A stretch of DNA of 64,000 nt, taken from contig CAVPOC010000010.1 of assembly GCA_963706955.1 (NCBI GenBank), positions 64,001 through 128,000 of the forward strand, read 5' to 3'. The notes beneath the pieces were generated by a model that did not search any database, was not told the origin of the DNA, and worked only from the letters and a program-made list of their open reading frames with translations. Shown here in pieces: positions 37,589-48,749 of the stretch (position 1 is its first letter; every line of letters begins with the position of its first letter). The position numbers were made by a program, and so were the translations under genes. The stretch comes from an uncultured Verrucomicrobiae bacterium. GTDB taxonomy: Bacteria > Verrucomicrobiota > Verrucomicrobiia > Chthoniobacterales > Terrimicrobiaceae.

Positions 37589-38998
37589 TCAGTAGGCGGT
37601 CTTCGGAGGCCTGAATACCTGATACATCGTACTAAAGATGATGTAGAAATCGAGAGGCAATGACCAGTCCTCGATATATCTGATGTCCAGCTTGGCACGG
37701 TCGACGACATCCTGATCATTCTTGGCTTCCCCGCGAAAGCCGCTCATTTGCGCCAAACCGGTAATCCCGGGCTTGGCAAACGTCCGGACATGGTATTCTC
37801 GCATAACTTCGCTGAATCGCCTGTTGTGAATGATCATATGCGGTCGCGGGCCCACCACGCTCATGTCTCCGAAAAAGACATTCAGGAACTGTGGAATTTC
37901 ATCCAGACTGGTTTTTCGAAGAATTCGCCCCATCGGGTAAATACGCGGATCCCCGGCAGTGGCTTGCTTGGAAGCTTCATCGCCTTTGTCAGCACGCATC
38001 GTCCGAAACTTAAAGATGCGGAAAGGCAAGTTGTTGAGGCCCGCCCGTGTCTGTCGATAGAAGAGCGGACCGGGAGATTGAATTGACTGGAAAATCTTCA
38101 CCACCAGGCAGAGTGGAGGCAAAACAAGCACGACCACCGGAAGACTCATCAAGAAGTCTACTGTCCGCTTGATCATACGATTGAAGGGATCTTCGAGCGG
38201 CTCATCCCTCAGACTGATAAACTCCTTGTCATGGAGTTTGAAGGTCGAGATGTCGTGGCGAAAGAGCTCGGACAGGTTGTTGAGAACCAAGAGCCGGACG
38301 CCCGCCTTGTTGGCGGCATTGACGACCAGATTAAGAGCGTCCGGATCGAGAGGCAATTCGAGCAGAAGGATTTGACGTATCCCTTCATGCCGGATGATGC
38401 GGTCAAGCATCGAAACACTCGATACGCGCGGCACATGGAGCACGCGCCCCTCCTCCTCGTCGCCTTCGCTGGGTTTACCACGTAAGCCGAACCCAAACGC
38501 CGACGTCTCAAGAATCCACCTGTTCATCGCCCTCGCTTTGTCGACGGGACCCACCAGCAGCGTTCTTTGCTCGTGTTGCTCGGAAAAAAGCTGATCGGCA
38601 AGTTTACCGGGAATGAGGAAATGGCAGATTAAAAAAGCCACGTAAACGCAGCCCAAGAACGCAAAAAACAAGGCGATGCGCATGTGCCTAAATTCAGGTT
38701 CCATGCCGAGCGCTAACGTAAGAAGCAGCACCACCCCGATGTAAACTGTCTGCTTGAGAGCCAGTTTGTGATAGTTAACAAAGCCTCCAACTAACAGTGT
38801 CGCCGCGCTGGACCGATTCCGGATCGCTCCGATGATCAATCCAAAGACCGCGGCAACGTTATAGAGGATGAACGGCGGGTAATGGGCCACCGGCATCGGA
38901 GATAACGCGATCAAAAAGACCCAATAGAGTACGGTGAGAACGAGCGCGAGAATGGCGTGGTAAACGTTCCACAAACCTCTAATGCGATTCTTAAGCAT
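37589..38998 (-). CDS. Priming polyprenyl-phosphate sugar phosphotransferase (WcaJ/WbaP family)
   Basis: N-terminal TMs; [65 protein letters not shown]. Confidence 0.92.
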   Translation of the reverse strand: MLKNRIRGLWNVYHAILALVLTVLYWVFLIALSPMPVAHYPPFILYNVAAVFGLIIGAIRNRSSAATLLVGGFVNYHKLALKQTVYIGVVLLLTLALGMEPEFRHMRIALFFAFLGCVYVAFLICHFLIPGKLADQLFSEQHEQRTLLVGPVDKARAMNRWILETSAFGFGLRGKPSEGDEEEGRVLHVPRVSSVSMLDRIIRHEGIRQILLLELPLDPDALNLVVNAANKAGVRLLVLNNLSELFRHDISTFKLHDKEFISLRDEPLEDPFNRMIKRTVDFLMSLPVVVLVLPPLCLVVKIFQSIQSPGPLFYRQTRAGLNNLPFRIFKFRTMRADKGDEASKQATAGDPRIYPMGRILRKTSLDEIPQFLNVFFGDMSVVGPRPHMIIHNRRFSEVMREYHVRTFAKPGITGLAQMSGFRGEAKNDQDVVDRAKLDIRYIEDWSLPLDFYIIFSTMYQVFRPPKTAY

Positions 38999-39209
38999 CT
39001 GTTATTCAAGATTAAGCAGTCACAGACTGCCAAATGCGTAATGCGCCGCTGGAGCCCACGCGCCCGCGCCAGCATACAGCCCGAGCGAGATCCGATTTTG
39101 ACGCGTGGACGCTTATCGACATCGTCAGCTTCATCAAAAAGCTCGTGTCGTTCCTCTAAGAAGGACGTGCTCTACGGCAGGTTCAAGATCCACAGCTCGA
39201 CTTGCGCGT

Positions 39210-39647
39210 TTAGTTATCCCCTCGCCGCGTTGCCAGGCCAGTTTTTAAGCCTTCGCGGCTCACAATTTTCCACAAGCCCCGAACGGCCAAATACAGCAGG
39301 CAGGCCAATCCGAGACCGAGCCACCCGTTCAGCACATCGTCGATGTCGACATGCCGTTCCGGCATCCAAATTTGCGCAAATTCCAAGAACGGAATGAGCA
39401 GCGCAATCGCGGCAATCGCCACAATCTGCTTCACGTTCAAGATACGCCGCCCCATCAGTAGCAGGAGCGCAGTGATCCCAAACACTCCGAAGGCCAACTG
39501 ATTACGAAATGCGTCAAACGTGTTAAAAAAAACCCGCACGTCGTCCGGGGCCATGCCCTTGGGAACTTCGGGATTTGGTTTCAAGGCGAAGAAAAGGATG
39601 ATCCCCAACCATCCGATGAACAGGAGGGACCGAAGGAACTTCGTCAT
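39210..39647 (-). CDS. VanZ-like membrane protein
   Basis: Four hydrophobic segments with LEFAQIWMPERHVDIDDVLNGWLG. Confidence 0.75.
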   Translation of the reverse strand: MTKFLRSLLFIGWLGIILFFALKPNPEVPKGMAPDDVRVFFNTFDAFRNQLAFGVFGITALLLLMGRRILNVKQIVAIAAIALLIPFLEFAQIWMPERHVDIDDVLNGWLGLGLACLLYLAVRGLWKIVSREGLKTGLATRRGDN

Positions 39648-39728
39648 GAAACTAGGGTCAGCGTAGATGTGCGAATAGTCGTCGGACGTCACAAATAAAG
39701 CGCCATTTCACTCCCGCTTTCAACCGCC

Positions 39729-40868
39729 TCACAATCCGAGGGAGGCCTCCCAACCCTGGCAATTCCTCCGCACGAAATCTGCAAACCTCTGCCTAAACAC
39801 TTCTGCGCTGAATTTTCCGGCCTGTTGCCGAATCTCCGCGGGTGAAAAGGTTCCTGTTTCAAACAGGCGCACCGCGCCCGCCAGTGATTCCACGGATTGT
39901 TCGTAAAACAAGATCCCGGTCTTACCCGGGATTACCGTTTCAGCGACACCACCTCGACCAAAGGCGATCACGGGCGTCCCGCAGGCTTGCGCTTCCACGG
40001 GAACGATTCCGAAATCTTCCTCTGCCACGAAGACAAAAGCCTTTGCGCGTTGCAGGTGAGATCGCAAGGTCGCATTATCCCTGTAACCGAGGAGCTCAAC
40101 GTTCGATCCCGCCTTTGCCCGCACCTTGTCCATTTCCGGTCCATCGCCGATGATGATCAGCTTTTTCTCCGGCATTCGACTAAATGCCTCGGCGATGAGA
40201 TCGATCTTTTTGTAGGGAACCATGCGGGAAGCCGTCAGATAAAAGTCCTCTTTTCTCTCCTCGATCTGGAAATTCTCGATCGCCACTGGAGGGTAGATCA
40301 CCTCCGCCTCGCGGCGATAAACCTTCATGATCCTCCGCGCGATGTAAGCTGAATTGGCCGCGAAGGCGTCCACACCAGCGGCGGTGCGATAGTCCCAGAG
40401 ACGAACGTAGTGAAGCAAAAATCGCACGATGAAGCTTTTCAATCCCTTGGTGAGACCCGACTGCTCGAGATATTGATGCTGCATATCCCAGGCATATCGG
40501 ATCGGGGAATGACAATAGCAAAGGTGTCGCTGGTCTGGACCTGTGAGGACCCCTTTCGCGAAGGAATAGCTGCTCGAAATGACCAGATCGTAAGGAGAAA
40601 GGTCAAACTGCTCGACCGCCAGGGGCATGATGGGAAAATAAGATCTATATCGGGTCTTACCGCCCGGCAGCCTCTGAACGAAGGACGTTGTGACAGGTTT
40701 GTTTTGCAGAAAACCACGCTGCTCCGGTGGAATCGCGTCGATCATGCTGAAAATATCGGCTTGCGGAAGGACCAGAAGGATCTGTTCCAGGACGCGTTCG
40801 GCGCCCCCGTAAAGCGGAAGCCAATCGTGCACGATGGCGATTTTGCGAACAGAAGGTGAGTGGGTCAT
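39729..40868 (-). CDS. GT4 glycosyltransferase (WbaZ-like)
   Basis: IAIVHDWL..GGAERVL, YCHSPIRYAWD, SRMVPYKK, EDFGIVPVEAQACG. Confidence 0.92.
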   Translation of the reverse strand: MTHSPSVRKIAIVHDWLPLYGGAERVLEQILLVLPQADIFSMIDAIPPEQRGFLQNKPVTTSFVQRLPGGKTRYRSYFPIMPLAVEQFDLSPYDLVISSSYSFAKGVLTGPDQRHLCYCHSPIRYAWDMQHQYLEQSGLTKGLKSFIVRFLLHYVRLWDYRTAAGVDAFAANSAYIARRIMKVYRREAEVIYPPVAIENFQIEERKEDFYLTASRMVPYKKIDLIAEAFSRMPEKKLIIIGDGPEMDKVRAKAGSNVELLGYRDNATLRSHLQRAKAFVFVAEEDFGIVPVEAQACGTPVIAFGRGGVAETVIPGKTGILFYEQSVESLAGAVRLFETGTFSPAEIRQQAGKFSAEVFRQRFADFVRRNCQGWEASLGL

Positions 40869-42070
40869 TCGATAGTTACGATATCCTTGAGCAGCTGGCG
40901 GATGCGGCCGACTGTCTTTTCCATCGAGAATCTCTCACGGGAACTCGCAAGAGCCGCCGACGATACCTTCGCGGCCAAGTCCGGATCCTGAATGATCTTG
41001 CCAACCGCCAAGGCCAGCGCCGGCGGATCGGCGGGAGGAACCAAAAATCCGTCCTGACCGTCGGTGATGATTTCATCAACTCCGCCGCCCCGCGTCGCGA
41101 CGACCGGCGTTCCAGCAAGCATTGATTCGACAATCACACGCCCGAACGGCTCGGCGGCAACCGAGCAATGAACAACCACATCCATTGCTTGCAGCAATGC
41201 GGTCACATCAGAGCGAAATCCGAGAAAATGCACACGCCCTTGCAAGCCCGGCTCTTCGGCTGTGCGCTGCAATTCCTCGCGATAAGCACGGTCGTCCTCG
41301 GTAAACAGTGCCTCCCCAACAATGACCAGATGGACTCCTGGCAAGGAGCGCAGGGCCTCAAGGGCGATGTGCTGACCCTTCCAGCGAGTCAGGCGTCCAA
41401 AGATTCCGATCAGGCGACCGGTAGGAAGACCAAGTTGCGCGCGCAAGGCAGATGGCACAAGATCTTTGGACCGCGCGAAAAGCTCCGGCTCGAAGCCATT
41501 GTAGACTACCTCGACGAGGGCGCGTCTTCCACCCGTGGCGACGAACGTCTCGGCCGTAGCGTTTGAGTTGGCAATCACCAGACCGGCTCTACGCGCAAAG
41601 AACTGGAGCAGCTTCAAGTTCATCGGGCTAAAATGCTCGTCGGTAAGGAGGTCATGAAGATGAACGACCAAATTGCGTCTGGAAAGCCAAGCGATCAGGC
41701 CACCAAGCACAATTGCCTTCGGCGTGTTGCAATAGACAAGATTGGCGTCCTCAAGCCGCCGGCGAACTTCCTGATAGAAGGCAAGCAACTGGGGAGCGGC
41801 CTTCAAAAGCGATCCAACTCCAGCGCTCTTGCTGACGGACTTCGCCTCCCCAGGCATCGATATGGTTTCAACCAAAACGCCTCTTTCCAGAAGCATCTCG
41901 ACAAAGGGCCCGTCTTCAAGAAGCAGAACGCGCGACCATTCGGAACATGCCTCCGCCAGGTCCGCCAGAAAAAGCTCGGCACCCCCAATCTGGCCGCTTT
42001 GATCTAAAAAGACCACTGGCATGGCCGTTTGAGAACGATCAGTGCTACGAGTCGCTATTTCTGAAGGCAT
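40865..42070 (-). CDS. GT4 glycosyltransferase
   Basis: FLDQSGQIGGAE, GRLTRWKGQH, EPFGRVIVESMLAG. Confidence 0.9.
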   Translation of the reverse strand: MPSEIATRSTDRSQTAMPVVFLDQSGQIGGAELFLADLAEACSEWSRVLLLEDGPFVEMLLERGVLVETISMPGEAKSVSKSAGVGSLLKAAPQLLAFYQEVRRRLEDANLVYCNTPKAIVLGGLIAWLSRRNLVVHLHDLLTDEHFSPMNLKLLQFFARRAGLVIANSNATAETFVATGGRRALVEVVYNGFEPELFARSKDLVPSALRAQLGLPTGRLIGIFGRLTRWKGQHIALEALRSLPGVHLVIVGEALFTEDDRAYREELQRTAEEPGLQGRVHFLGFRSDVTALLQAMDVVVHCSVAAEPFGRVIVESMLAGTPVVATRGGGVDEIITDGQDGFLVPPADPPALALAVGKIIQDPDLAAKVSSAALASSRERFSMEKTVGRIRQLLKDIVTIE

Positions 42071-43191
42071 TTTTCGTAAACTCCTATAACTTTCTTAGCG
42101 ATTACCGGCCAATCAAAGTTGTCTTTCGCGTAAGCCTGGCAGGCACTATCCGATGGGAGTTTTCCCAGTGCGCTGAGGCGTGCTGCCAAGCCATCGGCGA
42201 TCTGAGCTGGCGAGGACCCCTCCAGGATCAGATCTTTTGAAAGGCCGCTGACCACCTCCGGCAGTCCGCCAACCGGCGTGACAATCACCGGCGTGCCCGC
42301 GGCGAGCGACTCAAGGACGATCAAGCCGAATCCTTCCAGAGAAATTGACGGAACTACGCTTACGTCGGCTGCTCGATAGGCAACCGGCAAGTCGGCATCC
42401 GGAACAAATCCCACTAGTTTGACATGTTCTTGCAAGTTCTTTCGCTCGACGAGAGCAGCCAGCTCGCCCGCCAATGGACCTGTTCCCGCCAAAACAGCCA
42501 AAATACCTTGCTCCTTCTCGCGAAGTTGGGCTACAGCCTCGATGAAGTTTTCCAAGCCCATCCGTCGCGCCAGACGCCGAACAGTCAGGAGGATGATCCG
42601 ATCCTTCGGCCAGCCAAGCCTCTCTCTCGCCTCGGCGCGCGACAGACCGGTGTTAAAAACATCCGCCTGCACTCCTCCGGGCACGACATCAATACGATCC
42701 TCCCGAATTTGGTATCGCGTGACCAAGACGTCACGAAAAGCTTTGGAGAGAACCACGAACCGCCGAGCGGTCGCATAAGTTATACGTTCGATTGCTTGCT
42801 TGAAGTAGACCGCGCGGCTGCCCTCGCCTTCGGCCGCCGACTCGTCCGCCCAGGGGCCATGGAAATGCACGACGTGAGGATGCCGCCAGAGGAAGTCAAG
42901 CAACGGAAAGACGTATAAGGAAAAGTGCGAAGCAATTAGGGCCGGGCGTGTTCCACGTGCCAACTCCTCCTTCACGCCCTTGCGCAGTTTGAGAAAACGG
43001 TGCCGTAAAGATTGGTCCCGGCTTCCCAGGAAGCGCACATGCGATCCCACAGGTGATTTGCCTTCGCCGAAAACAAAGGCCTTCATCGCGTAATCCTGAT
43101 GCGCCAACTCCGAAACCAAGCCGTAAAAGTAGCGATCTGCTCCGCCACCGCCCTCCGGAAACCAATGCATACCAACCTCGAGAATATGCAT
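42055..43191 (-). CDS. GT4 glycosyltransferase
   Basis: GMHWFPEGGGGADRY, HFHGPWA, VRRLARRMG, EGFGLIVLESLAAG. Confidence 0.9.
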   Translation of the reverse strand: MHILEVGMHWFPEGGGGADRYFYGLVSELAHQDYAMKAFVFGEGKSPVGSHVRFLGSRDQSLRHRFLKLRKGVKEELARGTRPALIASHFSLYVFPLLDFLWRHPHVVHFHGPWADESAAEGEGSRAVYFKQAIERITYATARRFVVLSKAFRDVLVTRYQIREDRIDVVPGGVQADVFNTGLSRAEARERLGWPKDRIILLTVRRLARRMGLENFIEAVAQLREKEQGILAVLAGTGPLAGELAALVERKNLQEHVKLVGFVPDADLPVAYRAADVSVVPSISLEGFGLIVLESLAAGTPVIVTPVGGLPEVVSGLSKDLILEGSSPAQIADGLAARLSALGKLPSDSACQAYAKDNFDWPVIAKKVIGVYEKCLQK

Positions 43192-43193
43192 GC

Positions 43194-43600
43194 TTAGACT
43201 ACTCGAATTAAACACCCGTCCATGGTAACTTCGTGCCTCCACCGCCACTGCCTTTCCGTGCGGCAATACGCCCGAAACATGCGCATCAGCCAAACCTCTT
43301 CCTCAGATCTCCAAACAACCGACGATATTCGGCCACGGGATCGCCGCGGATAAACGGCTCTCCCACGAAAACTAACTAAGTTCTTAGAAAGCGGGCCAAC
43401 TAGACGAAAATCGTCCACCGCGAGTCGCCTGCACTGAACTTCTCCAGCAACTTGCCGCCGAGGAAATAGCCAATTAGGACAAAGACCAAAGTGGACACCG
43501 TTGTCCCCGCCCAAGACGGTCTTGCCTGTCTGATCTCTGCTATTCCCAACCAGATCCTAAGCTTAGGGGGCACACCGACGCGGAGGTCTCCACTATTCAA
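43194..43600 (-). CDS. Small hypothetical membrane protein (probably one frameshifted gene)
   Basis: Two overlapping short ORFs (43400-43600, 43194-43514) exactly fill the gap between GT genes; hydrophobic TLVFVLIGYFLGG. Confidence 0.4.
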
Positions 43601-44751
43601 ACCTGTTGTGGCGCACGTCCGGCGACATTTTCCAACGTGTGAGCCATTTTTCTAGCGACTGCGGCGAGGGAAACCTCCCGTTCAACCCACCTGCGACCGT
43701 TGTCGGCGTATCTCGCGCGCAATTCGCTTTGCGTCATCAGCGCGCGCAGGCACGCGGCGAACTCCTCCGCATTCTTCTCGGGAAAGATAAGACCTCCATC
43801 GGCTTTCTGAATGAGGTTAGGAATTTCGCCCGAGGATGAACCAACCACGGGTGTGCCCGCAGCCATGGCTTCGGTAATGACACGACCAAACTGCTCCTTC
43901 CAATTCGGCTGTGTTTCGGAGGGGACCACAAGGATATCGAAAGCGCTAAGATACCGGGGCGTTTCCACATGGGGCACAAACCCCAAAAAGGTGACGCGGT
44001 CTATTACGCCTCCCTCTTGCAGCAGCTGCCGGAACGTCTCCTCGAAGTCGCCCTTTCCGATCACCACCAGCTTCCAGCGTAGATCGCGTAGCTTGGGCAG
44101 CGTCGCGGCTAGCGTCCGGAACCCCTTTGGTTCGACGATGCGTCCGACATAGCCGATGATTATCTCACCTTCCTCCCTTGGAATCAGCTGCCGGTCCTCA
44201 TCGCCGCCTCTTGGTCGATAGATCTTAGGATCAAGCGGCAGCGGACACACCTCGGTCTGCCCTCGAAAATTCTTGGCACGCAATACTTCCTCAACCGCCT
44301 CGGTGATCGGGAACGCGTATGCGCTCTGTCGATAAACCATCCTCTCAAGCCAGCTAAACGGCGGAGGATATTGCTTGAGAATGTTCTGCGCAGAGTAGAA
44401 CCCGAACGGTGCTCTGAGGGATCGGGCATTCGCCCAGCAGATCTGAGCTGCCGCTAAGGCATAGGGCTCATTTTGGACATAGATCGCGTCAAAGCGGTTT
44501 TGCTTAAGATAGTTTCCCCAAGCTCGCTTATAAATATGGAGGATGATGTGCCCGTTCTTCCAAACCGGAACCCTCTCTATGCTCGCCTGGAGGCCTGGCC
44601 AAACTCCTCCTTCGAGCACATTGCCAAACTCATCCTTCCATTGATCGGGTATGATCAGCGATATCTTCCAGCCGGTTTGCTGCTCGAGCTCGGCGTAGAT
44701 CTGCTGATTGATGGGAGTGGTGGAAGGATGGCTGACGACAAGAAGATGCAT
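43597..44751 (-). CDS. GT4 glycosyltransferase
   Basis: LLVVSH, GYVGRIVEPKG, PSETQPNWKEQFGRVITEAMAAG. Confidence 0.9.
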   Translation of the reverse strand: MHLLVVSHPSTTPINQQIYAELEQQTGWKISLIIPDQWKDEFGNVLEGGVWPGLQASIERVPVWKNGHIILHIYKRAWGNYLKQNRFDAIYVQNEPYALAAAQICWANARSLRAPFGFYSAQNILKQYPPPFSWLERMVYRQSAYAFPITEAVEEVLRAKNFRGQTEVCPLPLDPKIYRPRGGDEDRQLIPREEGEIIIGYVGRIVEPKGFRTLAATLPKLRDLRWKLVVIGKGDFEETFRQLLQEGGVIDRVTFLGFVPHVETPRYLSAFDILVVPSETQPNWKEQFGRVITEAMAAGTPVVGSSSGEIPNLIQKADGGLIFPEKNAEEFAACLRALMTQSELRARYADNGRRWVEREVSLAAVARKMAHTLENVAGRAPQQV

Positions 44752-44753
44752 CT

Positions 44754-45926
44754 TCAGCTTGCCTCGGAAGTTTTCCATCCGAGATATTCCTTGTAGGCAT
44801 TCTCCGTCTGCTCGGTGACACGATCCCAGGTGTAGTTTTGTTCGACCAATTTCCGGGCGTTTCGTCCCATTTCCTGCCGCTTGCCGGCATCCTGAACCAA
44901 CGGTTCAATGACTTTGGCAATATGCTTGGGATCGCTTTCGACGAAATCTCCGTTGACCCCGGGCTGAATGAAGTCCTCGGTGCCATTGATGGACGTTGCG
45001 ACCACCGGTAGGCCACAGGCGGCTGCCTCAATCGTTGCCAGGCTGAATGCCTCATACCAGCTGGGAAAAAGGAAAATATCTGAGCTCGCCAAGGCCAGCG
45101 GGACATCCTTTCGAAAACCACCAAAAACTACACGGTTGGTCACCTGATTCTCATCCGCGAGTGCCTTCAGGGTTTCTTTGGCCGGATCATCGCCCGCGAT
45201 GAAAAGCTTCGCCTTGGGATCAGGAAGCAGAGGCAGCGCGCGAATCGCCAGGTCCAAACCTTTCCGCACCCATTCGCCGCCGGCGAAGATGAGCACCACA
45301 TCGTCCGCTCCAAGGCCGTTTTCACGTCTCCAAGCGAGCCTTTGCTCTTCAGAGATCGGTTTGAAAATGCTCAGATCGGCGGCATTGGGAACAATTCTCA
45401 CCGGCGCGGGACCGATGTCGTAGTTCTCCCGGAGCTCGCGCTCGACGCCGCGCGAAACAGGCAAGAAGAGTGGCGGTCGCCTTCCCGGCCGATGCGTGTA
45501 GAGCTTAAACTCGGCATCGCTTGTCACTCTAAGATAGGAGGCGCGCGTCATTCGCCGGAAGGGAGATATTTTCTCGAGACTTCCGAGCCGATCCAGGATC
45601 TTCTTCTTGGCCGGCTGGATGTTCTGAATCGTTATGACATTGGCACGTAGCGTATTGCAACCGATGCCGTGAATAATGTCGAAAAACCGATCGGGAATCG
45701 TGCGGTTGACGAGGACATGATAACTTAGGAAATCGGCCACTTCGGGCCACCCGGGACCAGGCACTTTATGCCACCGGACCTTACCGAGATCTAAGTCTTC
45801 GGCTTTTCGTGCAAAGAGATGCACTTCGTTGCCCCGATCGGAAAGCCTTTCCGCTACTTCGTTGACCGCCCGGGCACTTCCGTCCCGGCGGTTGCAATTG
45901 ATCATTGAGAATGCAATTCTTAACAT
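44754..45926 (-). CDS. GT4 glycosyltransferase
   Basis: VPNAAD, RKGLDLAIRAL, PSWYEAFSLATIEAAACG. Confidence 0.9.
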   Translation of the reverse strand: MLRIAFSMINCNRRDGSARAVNEVAERLSDRGNEVHLFARKAEDLDLGKVRWHKVPGPGWPEVADFLSYHVLVNRTIPDRFFDIIHGIGCNTLRANVITIQNIQPAKKKILDRLGSLEKISPFRRMTRASYLRVTSDAEFKLYTHRPGRRPPLFLPVSRGVERELRENYDIGPAPVRIVPNAADLSIFKPISEEQRLAWRRENGLGADDVVLIFAGGEWVRKGLDLAIRALPLLPDPKAKLFIAGDDPAKETLKALADENQVTNRVVFGGFRKDVPLALASSDIFLFPSWYEAFSLATIEAAACGLPVVATSINGTEDFIQPGVNGDFVESDPKHIAKVIEPLVQDAGKRQEMGRNARKLVEQNYTWDRVTEQTENAYKEYLGWKTSEAS

Positions 45927-46180
45927 GTCATTTTTACCAAGTTGTCCGTTCTTGAGCGATTCCAATCGTGATACTTCCCCTCCGGACCTATCCGAACTCG
46001 TTCGGGATCGTTCTAAATCAAGCGCTCTACGCTTCTATTTTCTCCGGGCTGCCAGATGAGTGATGGGCAGCTTCCCCGAATACCCTCCCTACGCGACAAA
46101 GCCCGAGTGACTCTTATACCCGAGGATCTCCCCCCTCAGGTCAAGAATCCGCCCGACGTCGGAAAGAACTGGGCGGCAGC

Positions 46181-47542
46181 TCAAGCCGGCTGGCCGGCTA
46201 CGCCAGGCGGAACGGAAGGCGCCTCCGCCTTCTTCAACATCTGCAGCTTCTGGACAAAGACGCCTAAGGCTCTTGGATCGAGCGCTGAGCCGAATATGAT
46301 CCAAAGGATTGAAAATTGCGTGATCATGTTTCCGACGAAACACGCCGGGATTAAAGCGATGATGAATGCGCGAGCGAGCATTACCTCAGTAGGCCGGTAG
46401 CCGATCTTGAATCGAATCGCTAACTGCTTCCACATAGCCCAGAGCGCGTAGACGATCGCAATGGCCCCGAGCCAGCCATACTGCGCCACGATCTCCACAT
46501 AACCGGCGTCCGTAATGACGGCTGTGTTCGACTCGTCGCCGGTATTAATGCGGCTCGAAATACCCGTGGCCCCCAAGCCAAAGCCAAGCGGATTGAGCAG
46601 AATCGTGGATACGCCATATGAATAAATATCCATCCGGGCCTGGAAAGATCCGTCCTCCTGCATGTTGCCAAGCGTGGAAAAGCGATCCTTCAGCTTCTCG
46701 GAGCCAGGCATCTTATCCATGCCAAACCAGGCTGCCCCACCAATAACCGCCATGGCGATCAACATCTGGAAAAATCCGGTTCCTTTGTTAATCATGACGT
46801 AAATGAGGATTGTGAGGGTCGCCAGGATGATACCTGTGCGTGTTTGGGCGAGTAGGATATTCGAGAGAACAAGAATGACGCCTAACCAACTAAGCGGGGT
46901 ACGCCATTTCGGCGAAATAATCATCGGAACGATCGCCAACCCCAAAAATCCTCCGAAAACGCCGCGCTCAGCCATCGTGGAGAAGACTGACATCTTCATC
47001 GGCTCCAAAATTCCCATATAGCCTTCAAAGCCTACCGCCCTAACCCAGAAGGCATCCCAAGGCGGAATAGTAAAGTATTGATACCAGCCGTAAGCCGAAG
47101 CGATGATCGCGCACCACGCCGAAGTGCGAAGCCAACGATCCTTGGTATTCTGATCCGCACCGAGCGTAAGAATATAGCCGAACATCGCGATCGGGGCGAG
47201 GACCTCCGCCAGCGCATAGATGGCAGCGAATTGCACACGAATGAATCCGATGGCAAATCCATACGCCATGGCACCGAGAAAGCAGGTTAGAATTGTCTTG
47301 TGCGACTTGGGCAACGTACTGAACCGCCCAAGAAAGGGCAGCAGCATCAGCATGGTGATCGCCAGGGGCGTCAGGCTAACTGGCGAGAGCGGATTGAAAG
47401 CGCCGGCGTTGTAGTCGAGGATGCGGCGTAATCCTCTGTTAAACACGAAAATTACAATAACATAGTCGACGAGAAAGCTGGATCTTTGGAAGGCATAGTA
47501 CGCACCAATTCCAATAATGATGGCGGCGACTACCCAGTCCAT
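46181..47542 (-). CDS. O-antigen ligase / Wzy-like polysaccharide polymerase
   Basis: 453 aa with many hydrophobic segments; QTRTG, S-QAR, NPLGFGLG, DAGY..YGWLG typical of the Wzy_C region. Confidence 0.8.
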   Translation of the reverse strand: MDWVVAAIIIGIGAYYAFQRSSFLVDYVIVIFVFNRGLRRILDYNAGAFNPLSPVSLTPLAITMLMLLPFLGRFSTLPKSHKTILTCFLGAMAYGFAIGFIRVQFAAIYALAEVLAPIAMFGYILTLGADQNTKDRWLRTSAWCAIIASAYGWYQYFTIPPWDAFWVRAVGFEGYMGILEPMKMSVFSTMAERGVFGGFLGLAIVPMIISPKWRTPLSWLGVILVLSNILLAQTRTGIILATLTILIYVMINKGTGFFQMLIAMAVIGGAAWFGMDKMPGSEKLKDRFSTLGNMQEDGSFQARMDIYSYGVSTILLNPLGFGLGATGISSRINTGDESNTAVITDAGYVEIVAQYGWLGAIAIVYALWAMWKQLAIRFKIGYRPTEVMLARAFIIALIPACFVGNMITQFSILWIIFGSALDPRALGVFVQKLQMLKKAEAPSVPPGVAGQPA

Positions 47543-47607
47543 GAAAGCTTATGTAGTATAGACAGTTTCTTGGCGAGCCGCAACGCGTTTCGACCCCGGT
47601 TTGTCGA

Positions 47608-48730
47608 TCAGGCGGCGCCCTTCTTCACCAGCTTCCTTAAGGCGTCGCCGACGCGGGCCGCGGTACTTCTCCATGGTGTATTCCTGGCTGCGTTGCTTGG
47701 CCCGTTCGCCCACCGAGCGCGCCCAATCCAGATCCTGCAGGTATTTAAGGATGGCTGCGGCCATTTCCTCCGGTTGATTCCAAGTGACCAGCTGGCCATC
47801 GACGCCATGCGTGATAATCTCGTCCGGCCCGCCGGGCTTTGTGGCGATGACCGGCTTTCCGAGAGACATGGCTTCGATCACGACGATTCCGAAAGGCTCG
47901 CTTTCCGAGGCATGCACGAAGACATCCATCGCTTGCATCCATTCGGGAACGTTTCGCTGCATTCCAACCATTCGAATCTTTTCCTCCATGCCGAGTTCCT
48001 TGACTCTGGCACGCAGCCACGGTTCGTATTCGGGCTCTAGCTTGAACATTCCGCCAACGATGACCCCTTCGGCGTTAGGCACCTTTTCAAACACGCGAGC
48101 CATGGCGTCCACAAAGACATGCATCCCTTTCCAGCGCTGCATTCGGCCGACAATCCCCACGATAAAGCGATTTGGCTCCAGCCCTAAGCGTCGCCTGATT
48201 TCTTCAGGGGACTGTTTCTCGGCTTCGGAAAAGCGAGTAAAATCAGCTGCCAGCGGGACGCCGATCACCCGATGCCGGACAAGCGCCTGTTGGAGAATGG
48301 CCGCAAAGTTTGAACAGGTGAGAGCGCCTGCCGCTGGAATCACTCGCGAGAGTCGATCGACAGGGCCGTTATCAGGCAGACCCATTTGGAAGTAAACGGC
48401 GGGCACTCCCAGCATCCGGGCGGCGGCTCCGCCGTAGATGTGTGCCTTGGTCATCCAAGCGAGCACAAGGTCCGGGCGATGTTCAGTTATTAAATCGCGA
48501 ATCTTGAAAATGGCTGTCGCGATCTTCCACGGTTGGCGCAGCCGCCCGCTATCGACGACCTCCACCCGCACTCCCGTCTTCTCGAAAACTTCCTTGAGCT
48601 CCCCCTCTTCGAGCAAGACTACAAGAACCGACGAAAGTCCCGCAGCTTCACGGTACCGAAGAAGATGGATTAACGCCTCTTCCGCACCACCATGGAGATG
48701 GGCGGACGGCATGACGATTACAACCCTCAT
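47608..48730 (-). CDS. GT4 glycosyltransferase (probable frameshift near 47660; uncorrected ORF runs to 47549)
   Basis: MRVVIVMP..GGAE, VGRMQRWKG, EPFGIVVIEAMSLG. A natural end, AARVGDALRKLVKKGAA*, lies in the adjacent frame. Confidence 0.88.
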
Positions 48731-48749
48731 GGCAGGCAGGTTGGCAGTT

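Noticed and set aside
39210..39647. Glycopeptide-resistance gene (vanZ)
   Set aside because: VanZ-like proteins are common in polysaccharide clusters and no van operon genes are present.
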